Positions 28,873-36,211 of a DNA stretch of 64,000 nt are shown piece after piece. The position numbers and the translations under genes are program-made. The stretch is taken from assembly GCA_008933735.1 (NCBI GenBank), contig WBUL01000005.1, positions 183,754 to 247,753 on the forward strand. Direction: 5' to 3'. Positions within the stretch are counted from its first letter, which is position 1, and each line of letters starts with the position of its first letter. The stretch is from Anaerolineae bacterium (GTDB lineage: Bacteria > Chloroflexota > Anaerolineae > Aggregatilineales > J027). Under the pieces are notes generated by a model. That model was not told the origin of the DNA and made no database searches. It worked only from the letters and a program-made list of their open reading frames with translations.

Positions 28873-28929
28873 ACACAGGGGTTTGGAGCGCACACGTTTG
28901 GCGACGGTAGGCGCTCTTCTCCCCTGTGT
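28873..28929. other. Long interrupted hairpin between relaxase and primase genes
   Basis: ACACAGGGG (28873-28881) pairs with CCCCTGTGT (28921-28929). The inner AGCGC (28887-28891) pairs with GCGCT (28911-28915). No T-run follows on either strand. Confidence 0.4.
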
Positions 28930-28939
28930 GCTTTCTCGG

Positions 28940-29953
28940 CTAAAGTTCAAAATCGGGTGATATATCCCTTGTTGGTTGCCCATATCCCCCTATTTCCTCG
29001 ATCAATGCCGTGCGTTGTTCAGCATTCATCCCATTGAGAAATCCTGCCAGTTCTTTGAGTTTGTCCATGTCGCCGTTCATCGCCTGTGCCAGCACCTGCG
29101 CGAAAAAGGCTGCCTGTTCATGCGGTAGCCCTGCCGCCAGCGGACGAAATTCCAACCGGAGTGGATCCGAGTCGTCCTCAGTGTGTGTTGGGTAGTAGCG
29201 GTAAAAGCCAACAGCAGTTTGCTGCGCATCGGTGCGCCGCGTGCCACACCAGACATTCCAGCTTTCACCTTTGTCGTCGATCATGACACCATGCGGTTCG
29301 TCCGCGACGATCTGGCGCTCCTGCTCACGAACAGCGGCTAACTCGTCGTAGCGCTGCTCCCAGTCGGGACCGACATAGCGTTCCATCTGCGCGACCATTG
29401 TCTGCTCGGTCACATCATGCAGCATCTCGATGTGATTGACTTTGCGATTGCGGCTGAAGAACAGCGGCACGCGCTGCCCATGCTCCTCGTCATACACGGT
29501 CCCCGGTAAGACAATGTGTGTATGCGGGTCGTGTAATCCGGGCGCTTGTGGATCGCCCGTCAATCTGTGATGGAGGACATATGAAAATTCGACCCCGGTA
29601 TCCAGCCCACGCTCTTCAAAGAACCCGTTGACTGTGCTTTCAGTCAACTCGCGGACAAACTGCTCACGCTCCTCCGGCGCGACCATTGCCATCAAATCTG
29701 GATTGGGGTTACAGACCAGGCTGAAGGTCAGCACATGCTCGCTTTTCAGGTCGTCACAGTGATGGGCGATTTCAGCTACCGAACCGCCCATGCCGTGATC
29801 CACCCAGCGTTCCCGTCCGGTAACATGCCGCGCTGCTTCATCCCGACTTTCACGATACGTCAGATACCGCAAGAGATTCTTCGACTGTTTCGCGCCATCG
29901 TCAGAAGGTTTCTTGTACTGCACATTGGCGACACACATCTGCTTTCTGTCCAT
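28940..29953 (-). CDS. MOBQ-like relaxase (MobA/VirD2 superfamily)
   Basis: The N-terminus VQYKKPSDDGAKQSKNLLRYLTYRE parallels the RSF1010 MobA start (IYHLTAK...ADYIQRE, from memory). Histidine triad GLHDPHTHIVLPG. Confidence 0.6.
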   Translation of the reverse strand: MDRKQMCVANVQYKKPSDDGAKQSKNLLRYLTYRESRDEAARHVTGRERWVDHGMGGSVAEIAHHCDDLKSEHVLTFSLVCNPNPDLMAMVAPEEREQFVRELTESTVNGFFEERGLDTGVEFSYVLHHRLTGDPQAPGLHDPHTHIVLPGTVYDEEHGQRVPLFFSRNRKVNHIEMLHDVTEQTMVAQMERYVGPDWEQRYDELAAVREQERQIVADEPHGVMIDDKGESWNVWCGTRRTDAQQTAVGFYRYYPTHTEDDSDPLRLEFRPLAAGLPHEQAAFFAQVLAQAMNGDMDKLKELAGFLNGMNAEQRTALIEEIGGYGQPTRDISPDFEL

Positions 29954-30256
29954 CTAGCCCTCGCGTTTGCGTGTCACCCGCTCGATAAAGCCACTGAGCA
30001 TGGTCGTCAGCGTTTCGACTTTGGTATCCAGCGCGTCCACCTTCGACTCGATGCCTTTAGCAATCGCCCGGCGCGACCCTGGCAGGTCTTCCTGCGATGC
30101 GAGATAGTAGTTCACCGCATCCCGCAGCAGGTCATTCTTGCTGACGAAATTCCCGACGCGGCTGCGAACATTCCGCAGTTCTTCCAACCGCCGCATCTGG
30201 TCGGGAGTCAGATTGACGGTCATGCGTTCGCTGTAGGGATTGGGTTTCTTCTTCAC
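29954..30256 (-). CDS. Ribbon-helix-helix protein (relaxosome accessory/CopG-like)
   Basis: 100 aa. RMTVNLTPDQMRRLEELRNV...NDLLRDAVNYYL is an RHH pattern. The stop abuts the relaxase start, and the start overlaps the HU-like stop (4 nt). Confidence 0.6.
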   Translation of the reverse strand: MKKKPNPYSERMTVNLTPDQMRRLEELRNVRSRVGNFVSKNDLLRDAVNYYLASQEDLPGSRRAIAKGIESKVDALDTKVETLTTMLSGFIERVTRKREG

Positions 30257-30549
30257 TCCAATGCTCCTTCCTTGATATAGGCATTCAACACGAACTGACG
30301 AAACTTCCCTGTGGGACGAAAACGCACATATACCCGCTTGACGGTTCGCTGTCCTACCGCGCCGCCACTGCGGACGGTCTGCACCTCAACGGCCAGTTTG
30401 CCCAGATCGGCAACCGTCACGGTCTCACCCGGCTGTGCCAGTTCATCAAGCCACAGTTCTGTCATGACTTCCAAGACCTCCGCCACGTCGCGCCGTTTCA
30501 AGCGCGGCAGGCGTTTGCTGATTTCGGTGACTGTTTGACGGTGATTCAT
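30253..30549 (-). CDS. HU/IHF-like DNA-bending protein
   Basis: Using the internal ATG at 30549: MNHRQTVTEISKRLPRLKRRDVAEVLEVMTELWLDELAQPGETVTVADLGKLAVEVQ...VRFRPTGKFRQFV follows the HU/IHF helix-helix-beta-arm layout. The upstream 58 codons of the listed ORF look like read-through noise. Confidence 0.7.
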   Translation of the reverse strand: MNHRQTVTEISKRLPRLKRRDVAEVLEVMTELWLDELAQPGETVTVADLGKLAVEVQTVRSGGAVGQRTVKRVYVRFRPTGKFRQFVLNAYIKEGALE

Positions 30550-30551
30550 CT

Positions 30552-30935
30552 TTACGCTTCTCCTGTCTTGCATTCGTTCCCATCTGGCTGTAAAGCGCGA
30601 ATGAAAACTAAAATCGGCTGAACGGGCGTGATGCGAATTGGGAACGCATCCGGCTCGCGGGTGCGTTCGGTGGGCGCGGCAAACCGCGTCCACGAGTGCG
30701 GCGGCATCTCTGCACCGCCGCACTCATGCAGGGGCGACAGCCGCTGCATCCAGCCCTCCGGCGCATGAGGAGCCAGCGTATTTAGCTGGCTTGCGGCGGG
30801 GAGAAGGTCAATTTGGATACCTACTCCCCATCCCCGCCGCGCGAAGTCGCAGCGCCTCGACGCTGCGACGGGCATGGCTGTGCCATGCACTGCTTTTTGC
30901 TGTGCTGTCCTACACGATGGGATGATCTGCTCCAT
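30552..30935 (-). CDS. Uncertain 127 aa ORF filling the ParR-like/HU-like gap (may instead be a non-coding oriT region)
   Basis: The ATG at 30935 is preceded by GGAGG at a 6 nt spacing, right after the upstream stop. The stop lies 2 nt before the HU-like ATG. The product is R/A/P/C-rich with no motif, and the DNA is packed with perfect inverted repeats. Confidence 0.3.
   Translation of the reverse strand: MEQIIPSCRTAQQKAVHGTAMPVAASRRCDFARRGWGVGIQIDLLPAASQLNTLAPHAPEGWMQRLSPLHECGGAEMPPHSWTRFAAPTERTREPDAFPIRITPVQPILVFIRALQPDGNECKTGEA
30642..30888. other. Cluster of GC-rich inverted repeats - candidate oriT
   Basis: IRs: GAACGCA/TGCGTTC (30642-48 / 30662-68); GAGTGCGGCGG/CCGCCGCACTC (30694-704 / 30715-25, 11 bp); ATGCAG/CTGCAT (30726-31 / 30744-49); GTCGCAGCG/CGCTGCGAC (30846-54 / 30861-69, 9 bp); GCATGGC/GCCATGC (30872-78 / 30882-88). 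Confidence 0.35.
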
Positions 30936-30946
30936 ACACAACCTCC

Positions 30947-31369
30947 TCACCACTGGGAACGTTTCATCCGCTGCGTCCGGCGGTCACTATCGTTGTCTGA
31001 CAGAGCGGGTTCAGTGGACTCTAGGGCAATGCCATTCGCTGGCGCTCGTGCTTCAGGCTGTATCGCAACCTGGGCTGCACCATTGGCTGCCACATGCTGC
31101 ACTAACCGTTCCAAATAGCCGGGCATCTCATTCAGCGCGTCTCGTATCCATAAGGTATCCTGTCTGACTTCCAGCAGTTCGGGGATGGTCAGCAGTTTGC
31201 TCCGGCGCGGTTGCTTGCCCAGATACCCCCGAATCAGATCACGTAACGCATCGCTGCGTTCGCCCTCATCAATCCCTTCCCACCAGTCCAGGATGTCGCT
31301 GTCAGTGTCCTCGAACACCTTGAACGTAATCATCCGATAGCGGCGTTTGCTTGTCTTGCGCTTTGCCAT
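30947..31369 (-). CDS. ParR-like RHH partition adaptor (hypothetical)
   Basis: 140 aa directly downstream of the ParM-like gene. A basic N-terminus is followed by RMITFKVFEDTDSDILDWWEGI...RSDALRDLIRGYL (strand plus two helices). Confidence 0.45.
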   Translation of the reverse strand: MAKRKTSKRRYRMITFKVFEDTDSDILDWWEGIDEGERSDALRDLIRGYLGKQPRRSKLLTIPELLEVRQDTLWIRDALNEMPGYLERLVQHVAANGAAQVAIQPEARAPANGIALESTEPALSDNDSDRRTQRMKRSQW

Positions 31370-31448
31370 ACTTATCTCTCCTCTGAGTGGGTCTTACCCG
31401 TATCACCCATTGGGCTGACCAGTAAGACCCGCCTCGATGCTGAACTCC

Positions 31449-32513
31449 TCACTTCCGGGCAGCGAAATGGGCGTAGTGCAGATAACCTCTGGCGTTCGCC
31501 ATCTGCGCGTCCGGCACCAGCTTCGTCTGCGGGTAGGCTTCGACTACCTGCTCATATACCAGTTCCGCGCCACCGCCAGACAGGTAAATCACATCGACGG
31601 TTGTGCCGCGCTGCCACTTTTCCGACAGCAGATTCAGTGTCGCGCTGCGGAGCGGAGCAAGGGCTTCTTCCACCTCATGGCTGTAATCCACTGGCTTGCC
31701 GCTGGCGGTGAAAATGCCTGTCCTCAAAACCTGCTCGACAATCCGGTGGGGCATCTTCTCGCGGTAGTCCCGTTCCAGCATGGCGGCGATCCGCTCCTGC
31801 GCGGTATAAACCCCACTTTCCACGCTGCCGCTTTCGGCATCCACAAAGTCGCCGTCATCGTCCAAAATGATGTCTACGGTGTACGTGCCAACATCGACCA
31901 CGCCGGTTCGCATGTAGGTGTGATAAACGTTGATTTCCCCCTGCTCGGTGAGCATCATGGCATACGCACTGCCGTAAGGCTGCGGCATGACCATCACTTC
32001 GGTGACATTGGCGATGACCTCGGTGGAATCAGTTTTGATGAGATGCTGCCCCTGAAGCGCCTGCTTGAGTCCACCCGCATCCCGCATGTGATCAACAGGC
32101 AACCCACTGCACAATCTGAGATGGATGACATCCCCGCCCGACATCCCCTGTGCCAGCTTGCCAATCGCCGCTTTCGCCAGCCGCAGCCGGAAGGTGTTGC
32201 CCATCGTCTTTTCGTTGGCGGTGCGCCCACGCAGCCGGAGTAATTCACCGGGCGGAAGCTGCGCCAGCGCCAGATCGCCGACAAACCAGGTCGAGCCGTC
32301 TTCATCTGTGAGCTGGTCGCCGGGGTATTTGGCTGCCAGTGCCTCCTGCTGGAACTTGATTTCGCGGGCATGACCCGCAACCGACGGAAAAGCGATTGCG
32401 GTCTGATCCGTCACGACTTTGGTGACACCGTAACCGATGTCCAAGCCCACCGTGAAGATGCCGCCCGATGTAAGAGATGCTTCGGATACCTGCTGATTTT
32501 TACGCCTGTTCAT
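31449..32513 (-). CDS. ParM/StbA-like actin-fold plasmid segregation ATPase
   Basis: Phosphate-1 motif VGLDIGYGVTKVV, phosphate-2 motif VVDVGTYTVDI and adenosine motif VIYLSGGGAE. ATG 32513 has a GGAGG 7-8 nt upstream (the ORF opens at 32546). Confidence 0.8.
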   Translation of the reverse strand: MNRRKNQQVSEASLTSGGIFTVGLDIGYGVTKVVTDQTAIAFPSVAGHAREIKFQQEALAAKYPGDQLTDEDGSTWFVGDLALAQLPPGELLRLRGRTANEKTMGNTFRLRLAKAAIGKLAQGMSGGDVIHLRLCSGLPVDHMRDAGGLKQALQGQHLIKTDSTEVIANVTEVMVMPQPYGSAYAMMLTEQGEINVYHTYMRTGVVDVGTYTVDIILDDDGDFVDAESGSVESGVYTAQERIAAMLERDYREKMPHRIVEQVLRTGIFTASGKPVDYSHEVEEALAPLRSATLNLLSEKWQRGTTVDVIYLSGGGAELVYEQVVEAYPQTKLVPDAQMANARGYLHYAHFAARK

Positions 32514-32527
32514 TCGATCTGCCTCCA

Positions 32528-32566
32528 TAAAACAAAAACAGCCCATCTACTCCTCATCGGTAGATG
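32528..32566 (-). terminator. Hairpin plus T-run immediately upstream of the ParM-like start
   Basis: Minus strand: CATCTAC-cgatgagga-GTAGATG, then ggcTGTTTTTGTTTT. It lies about 150 nt downstream of the PD40 gene stop and ends about 2 nt upstream of the ParM SD. Confidence 0.5.
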
Positions 32567-32614
32567 CGGCTGAAGAACCCGCAAATTCAATTGGGGAACA
32601 ACGGTTCAGGGCAA

Positions 32615-32651
32615 CTGCGACTTCGCCGGGGTCAAAACTCTGCGATTTCGC
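32615..32651. repeat. Direct repeat CTGCGA(C/T)TTCGC x2 upstream of the ParM-like gene (parC-like candidate)
   Basis: CTGCGACTTCGC at 32615-32626 and CTGCGATTTCGC at 32640-32651, with a 25 bp period. Each copy is internally near-palindromic (GCGA..TCGC). Confidence 0.3.
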
Positions 32652-32711
32652 ATGAGTATCACCTGTCAGATGACATTTACGGATGTGTGAAGAAAAGCAT
32701 CTCGTGCTCTG

Positions 32712-34208
32712 CTACTGTGACCATTCAAAATACTGCCATAACGGGAAGGATGGGTTTTCGTAGAGGGGAAGCCCATCTGCCAGAATGCGTAAGTCATCTT
32801 CGCTGTGGCGATAGGCAAGCAGGCGGTTGGTCGGATTTTCGATTGGATTACTGATGACCATATACAGCCACCACTCACCATCTGGCGATTCCCGGACAAA
32901 TCTGGCCTGGGGTTCAGGGGCGGGCAGCGACTCCCCTGTCTCCACATTAACGGACAGCGTGCGCGGAAAGACGCTTAAATCTTCCGCGTACAGCAGATGC
33001 ACCCATTCGCCATTGGCTGACCAGGCTACCGGACGGTCAGGCACTGGTTGAAGCTGAATATAACCAGTGTATTCCTGACTGCTTGCCCAGATAAGACCTT
33101 CGGGCCCGTGTATTTCTACAGCGGACTGGTCGGGCTGTGGTTGAAACGTGGCAGCAACATACGGCCCATACGGGGACAAATCAACATCTGATGGGGCTGG
33201 GCCGCTGTAAATAAGATGTTCCTCGCGGCGAAAGCGGCTGGCTTCTACATATACCGCCTGGAACAGCCCATCCGGAGTGGTCTGAGTGCGCCAGAAGGCC
33301 AGTGTCTCTCCGTTCCAGCGCGGGCCGCCGACAATCGCTCCCAGATCGGACTGGCGCATAGAATCCAGATTCAGACGCTGTAAGCGGTTGCGCTGAACAA
33401 AGGCGAGTTGATTTTCACCCACACGAAGCTGGGTTCCGGTTCCAAAGTACGCCGCCGCATATTCCTCGGTTTCCAGCAGGCCGATTGCAGTCGCATCCGG
33501 TACATTGATTGGGCCAACAAGGTAACGTCCATCTGGCAAAAACAGCCCTTCTTTAATGTAAGCGGCCAGGGGGTTCTCCGGGTCGGGGGTGGGTGGCACA
33601 AGTGCCCGCGTCTGCCTCCCATCAGAAAGCCGCACTGCATAAATGTTCGGGGTGGCAAACAGGCGTCCGTTGCAGGCGAGCATGACCTCCCCGGTGAGCC
33701 ATGTCAGAATATTAGAGGGGCAGGGCATGAGGGCAACAACAGCCTTGTTTTGCAGGTCTATCAGAAGTGATTGGTAGTTGACTAACCTGGAAGCCACCGC
33801 ATAGTTTCCATCTGGCGAAACCGAATCGACCCGCACAAATTCATACAAAAAATCCAACTCCTCTGGTGTGGTCACAGCCAGCACCTCGCTTAACTGGTTG
33901 CTCAGAACGTCATACGCCTGTATCGTCACAGCAACATTCGCCTCAATGGGATCATAGGTTACGACGTACAGGGTCAGTCCATCAGGCGACCATTCTGGCA
34001 GGGCCAGTTCCACATCTGCCGCACCAAACAGTACACGGGCTGGAATCGTGCTCTGAAACCAGTCGTTGTTCATCATCATGGCAACCCGTACCTCGCCGCC
34101 TTGCAGCCCGTAGGCGAAGGCATAATCCGGGGTGGATTCTTGAGACTGGATTCTTGAGATGGGAAATACGGGTATCAAGAAAACGAGAAGGAGTGCCAGT
34201 TTACGCAT
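32712..34208 (-). CDS. Secreted PD40/TolB-like beta-propeller repeat protein
   Basis: Signal peptide. Repeated xSPDGxxxxx blades: WSPDGLTLYVV, VSPDGNYAV, LPDGRYLV, ESPDGEWWLY. Confidence 0.6.
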   Translation of the reverse strand: MRKLALLLVFLIPVFPISRIQSQESTPDYAFAYGLQGGEVRVAMMMNNDWFQSTIPARVLFGAADVELALPEWSPDGLTLYVVTYDPIEANVAVTIQAYDVLSNQLSEVLAVTTPEELDFLYEFVRVDSVSPDGNYAVASRLVNYQSLLIDLQNKAVVALMPCPSNILTWLTGEVMLACNGRLFATPNIYAVRLSDGRQTRALVPPTPDPENPLAAYIKEGLFLPDGRYLVGPINVPDATAIGLLETEEYAAAYFGTGTQLRVGENQLAFVQRNRLQRLNLDSMRQSDLGAIVGGPRWNGETLAFWRTQTTPDGLFQAVYVEASRFRREEHLIYSGPAPSDVDLSPYGPYVAATFQPQPDQSAVEIHGPEGLIWASSQEYTGYIQLQPVPDRPVAWSANGEWVHLLYAEDLSVFPRTLSVNVETGESLPAPEPQARFVRESPDGEWWLYMVISNPIENPTNRLLAYRHSEDDLRILADGLPLYENPSFPLWQYFEWSQ

Positions 34209-34307
34209 GAGACGCCCTTTCAGTACGCCTTATGAGTATACATCAAGTTTGACACACCGCTGATGTTGCCTTCAGAATTAAAGGAAACTATCGAGAAGGG
34301 TTTGAGG

Positions 34308-35066
34308 ATGGCTAAGCCGATTGGACTGCTGTTGTTTATGATGCTGGCTGGCTTTGCCGGTGTAACACCTGGACGTGCTCAAGAGGATGTGCTGCCTGTG
34401 GTGATTGCCCTGCAAGAACTGCCGCGCGGGTTTCTGTTGACCGAGGAGTCTGTCATCGGCAGTTCGCCTGTCGTAGGGATCGCGCTGTATCCGGCGGCCT
34501 ATGTGCCAGCCGGAGCAGTACAGAGTTTAGAGGAGGTGGTGGGTAAACAGGTGCGGTTGGATGTTCCCTTTGAGCAGCCGATTTCCGCGTATTTTCTCGC
34601 GCCAGACCTCCGGCAAAACCCTGCTGCCGAACTGCCTTTTCCGGTATCTCCACCGGGCTATCGTGTGACCCAGGATCGAACCGACTATGTGGAGTTGGTT
34701 TACGACCAGCCGGAAAAACTGCGCTTTCCAGAGGAGGTGGCGGCGGGCGACACGGTAATGGTGATTACGACGACGGGATTAAATGACATCTGGCGCGATG
34801 AGACTCAGATGCTTATCCCTCGTGTTATGGTGGCGCAACTCACGGAAGATGAGATTATATTTTCCGCTGCACCGGAGGACATCACGCGCCTGAATGAATA
34901 TCTGGGGACGGGCTTTCCCGTCACATTGGCCGTTTATTCACCACTTGACCCAGCGATCCCTACTTCTGACTTGATAAGCTGGCAGGTGCTGACAACCCGT
35001 CCGGTGAATCCGCTGGTTTTGCCCGAAGGCGCAGATGTTTTGAATTTAAGGACATTAGACCTATGA
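34308..35066 (+). CDS. SAF-domain / CpaB-like secreted protein
   Basis: N-terminal hydrophobic anchor, then LPVVIALQELPRGFLLTEESV...YVPAGAVQSLEEVVGKQVRLDVPFEQPI, which resembles the SAF domain of CpaB/RcpC. The ORF opens at 34263. Confidence 0.4.
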   Translation: MAKPIGLLLFMMLAGFAGVTPGRAQEDVLPVVIALQELPRGFLLTEESVIGSSPVVGIALYPAAYVPAGAVQSLEEVVGKQVRLDVPFEQPISAYFLAPDLRQNPAAELPFPVSPPGYRVTQDRTDYVELVYDQPEKLRFPEEVAAGDTVMVITTTGLNDIWRDETQMLIPRVMVAQLTEDEIIFSAAPEDITRLNEYLGTGFPVTLAVYSPLDPAIPTSDLISWQVLTTRPVNPLVLPEGADVLNLRTLDL

Positions 35067-35656
35067 AAAGTCTTCTTATGATCTTTCTAACTATGGTGGC
35101 TTTGGCGGGTTTGCGGAAAACGGATACTCGCCAGGAAACGGTCACGATTGCAATTGTCAATCAGCCGGTCGTTCGGGGAACCGTTTTTACCCCAGACCGT
35201 GTGACAGGCGCGACACCTGTCGTTCAACTGGTGGAATGGCCCGCCGCGCTGGTTCCCTCTAATGCAATTTCCAATGTTCAGGACATCATTGGCAGGATCG
35301 CAAAGTCAGATATGCCGACGCGCACCCCTGTTTTGGCGACGAATCTGGTGGATGAGATGACACAGCTCAGCCGTATCGGGTCGGATGTAGCCCTGTTTAC
35401 TTCACCGGGAAATCTTGCCGTACCGCTGGATCTGCGGATTTTGACGGTGGCAGGTGTGCAGCCTTTTTCGTGTGTTGATGTCGTAGGAATGTTTGATTTC
35501 GGGGAAGATATCGTGACGGTTTTTATGCTCGGCCCAGGGGCAGAGGTCGTAGAAATCGGACAAAAAAATATAATTGTCTCCGTGCTGTCGGAGCATGTTA
35601 TCACGCTGGTGTGGGCACAGGATATGGGAATCCCGCTAAGTTTACAGCCGTGTTAG
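35063..35656 (+). CDS. SAF-domain / CpaB-like protein (second tandem copy)
   Basis: 4 nt overlap with the upstream gene. VTIAIVNQPVVRGTVFTPDRV...LVPSNAISNVQDIIGRIAKSDMPTRTPVLATNLVD follows the CpaB SAF pattern. Confidence 0.4.
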   Translation: MKSLLMIFLTMVALAGLRKTDTRQETVTIAIVNQPVVRGTVFTPDRVTGATPVVQLVEWPAALVPSNAISNVQDIIGRIAKSDMPTRTPVLATNLVDEMTQLSRIGSDVALFTSPGNLAVPLDLRILTVAGVQPFSCVDVVGMFDFGEDIVTVFMLGPGAEVVEIGQKNIIVSVLSEHVITLVWAQDMGIPLSLQPC

Positions 35657-36120
35657 CTGGTCAACAGACGTGGTGTCAGCAGCCAGACCAGCGAGCCTTT
35701 GAGAAGGGATTTGGTCTGAAAATCGACCCGGGCCAGACCGCCTTTTTTCATGATAATGCTGCCACCGCCGATGACCTTGCTGACTGTGTAGCTGAAATCC
35801 GGTTCGTGCCCGACCACCATCAGCTCATCTTCAGTGAAGTCTTCCAGCAGTTTTTGCAGCTTGTCGGGGTCAAAGCCAGGCGCCAGCAGCTCGCGGGAAT
35901 AGAGTGGACATTTGAGATTTTTAGCGACAATCTCGGCCGTCTGGTAGGCCCGTACCAGCGGACTGGTGTAAATCGCGCTGGGATGAATATCCAGGGCAGC
36001 GAATTTTTTGACGCTCAATTCTATTTTGCGGATACCCTCTTTGGTTAACACTCGTTCGGCATCCGGTTTTTTGGGGGAACGATCTTCGGCAAGTCCATGC
36101 CTTAAAAAATAGATTCGCAT
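35653..36120 (-). CDS. sixA: Phosphohistidine phosphatase SixA
   Basis: 155 aa. MRIYFLRHGLAEDR (RHG catalytic motif) and a later VVGHEPD. Confidence 0.8.
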   Translation of the reverse strand: MRIYFLRHGLAEDRSPKKPDAERVLTKEGIRKIELSVKKFAALDIHPSAIYTSPLVRAYQTAEIVAKNLKCPLYSRELLAPGFDPDKLQKLLEDFTEDELMVVGHEPDFSYTVSKVIGGGSIIMKKGGLARVDFQTKSLLKGSLVWLLTPRLLTS

Positions 36121-36211
36121 GAATTTTCCTTCATTTAAATTAAGGGTTGCTCAATCTTAGTGATATAATAACATGTCGTAGGACTAAAGAAAAAAGCAAA
36201 GGACTGAATTC

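Larger units (their letters stand above)
10508..32711. mobile_element. Putative integrated plasmid-like mobilizable element (serine recombinase ... ParMR), exact ends undefined
   Basis: It lies between two convergent chromosomal genes. The minus-strand backbone encodes recombination, R-M, sigma, replication (primase-helicase plus iterons), mobilization (relaxase, RHH, HU) and partition (ParM/ParR-like) functions. An 8 kb plus-strand cargo block sits in the middle. Confidence 0.6.

Noticed and set aside
30253-30723. The full 156 aa ORF as the HU-like gene.
   Set aside because: The first 58 codons (R/A/H/C-rich) overlap the inverted-repeat region and lack an RBS. The internal ATG at 30549 yields a canonical-length HU/IHF protein.
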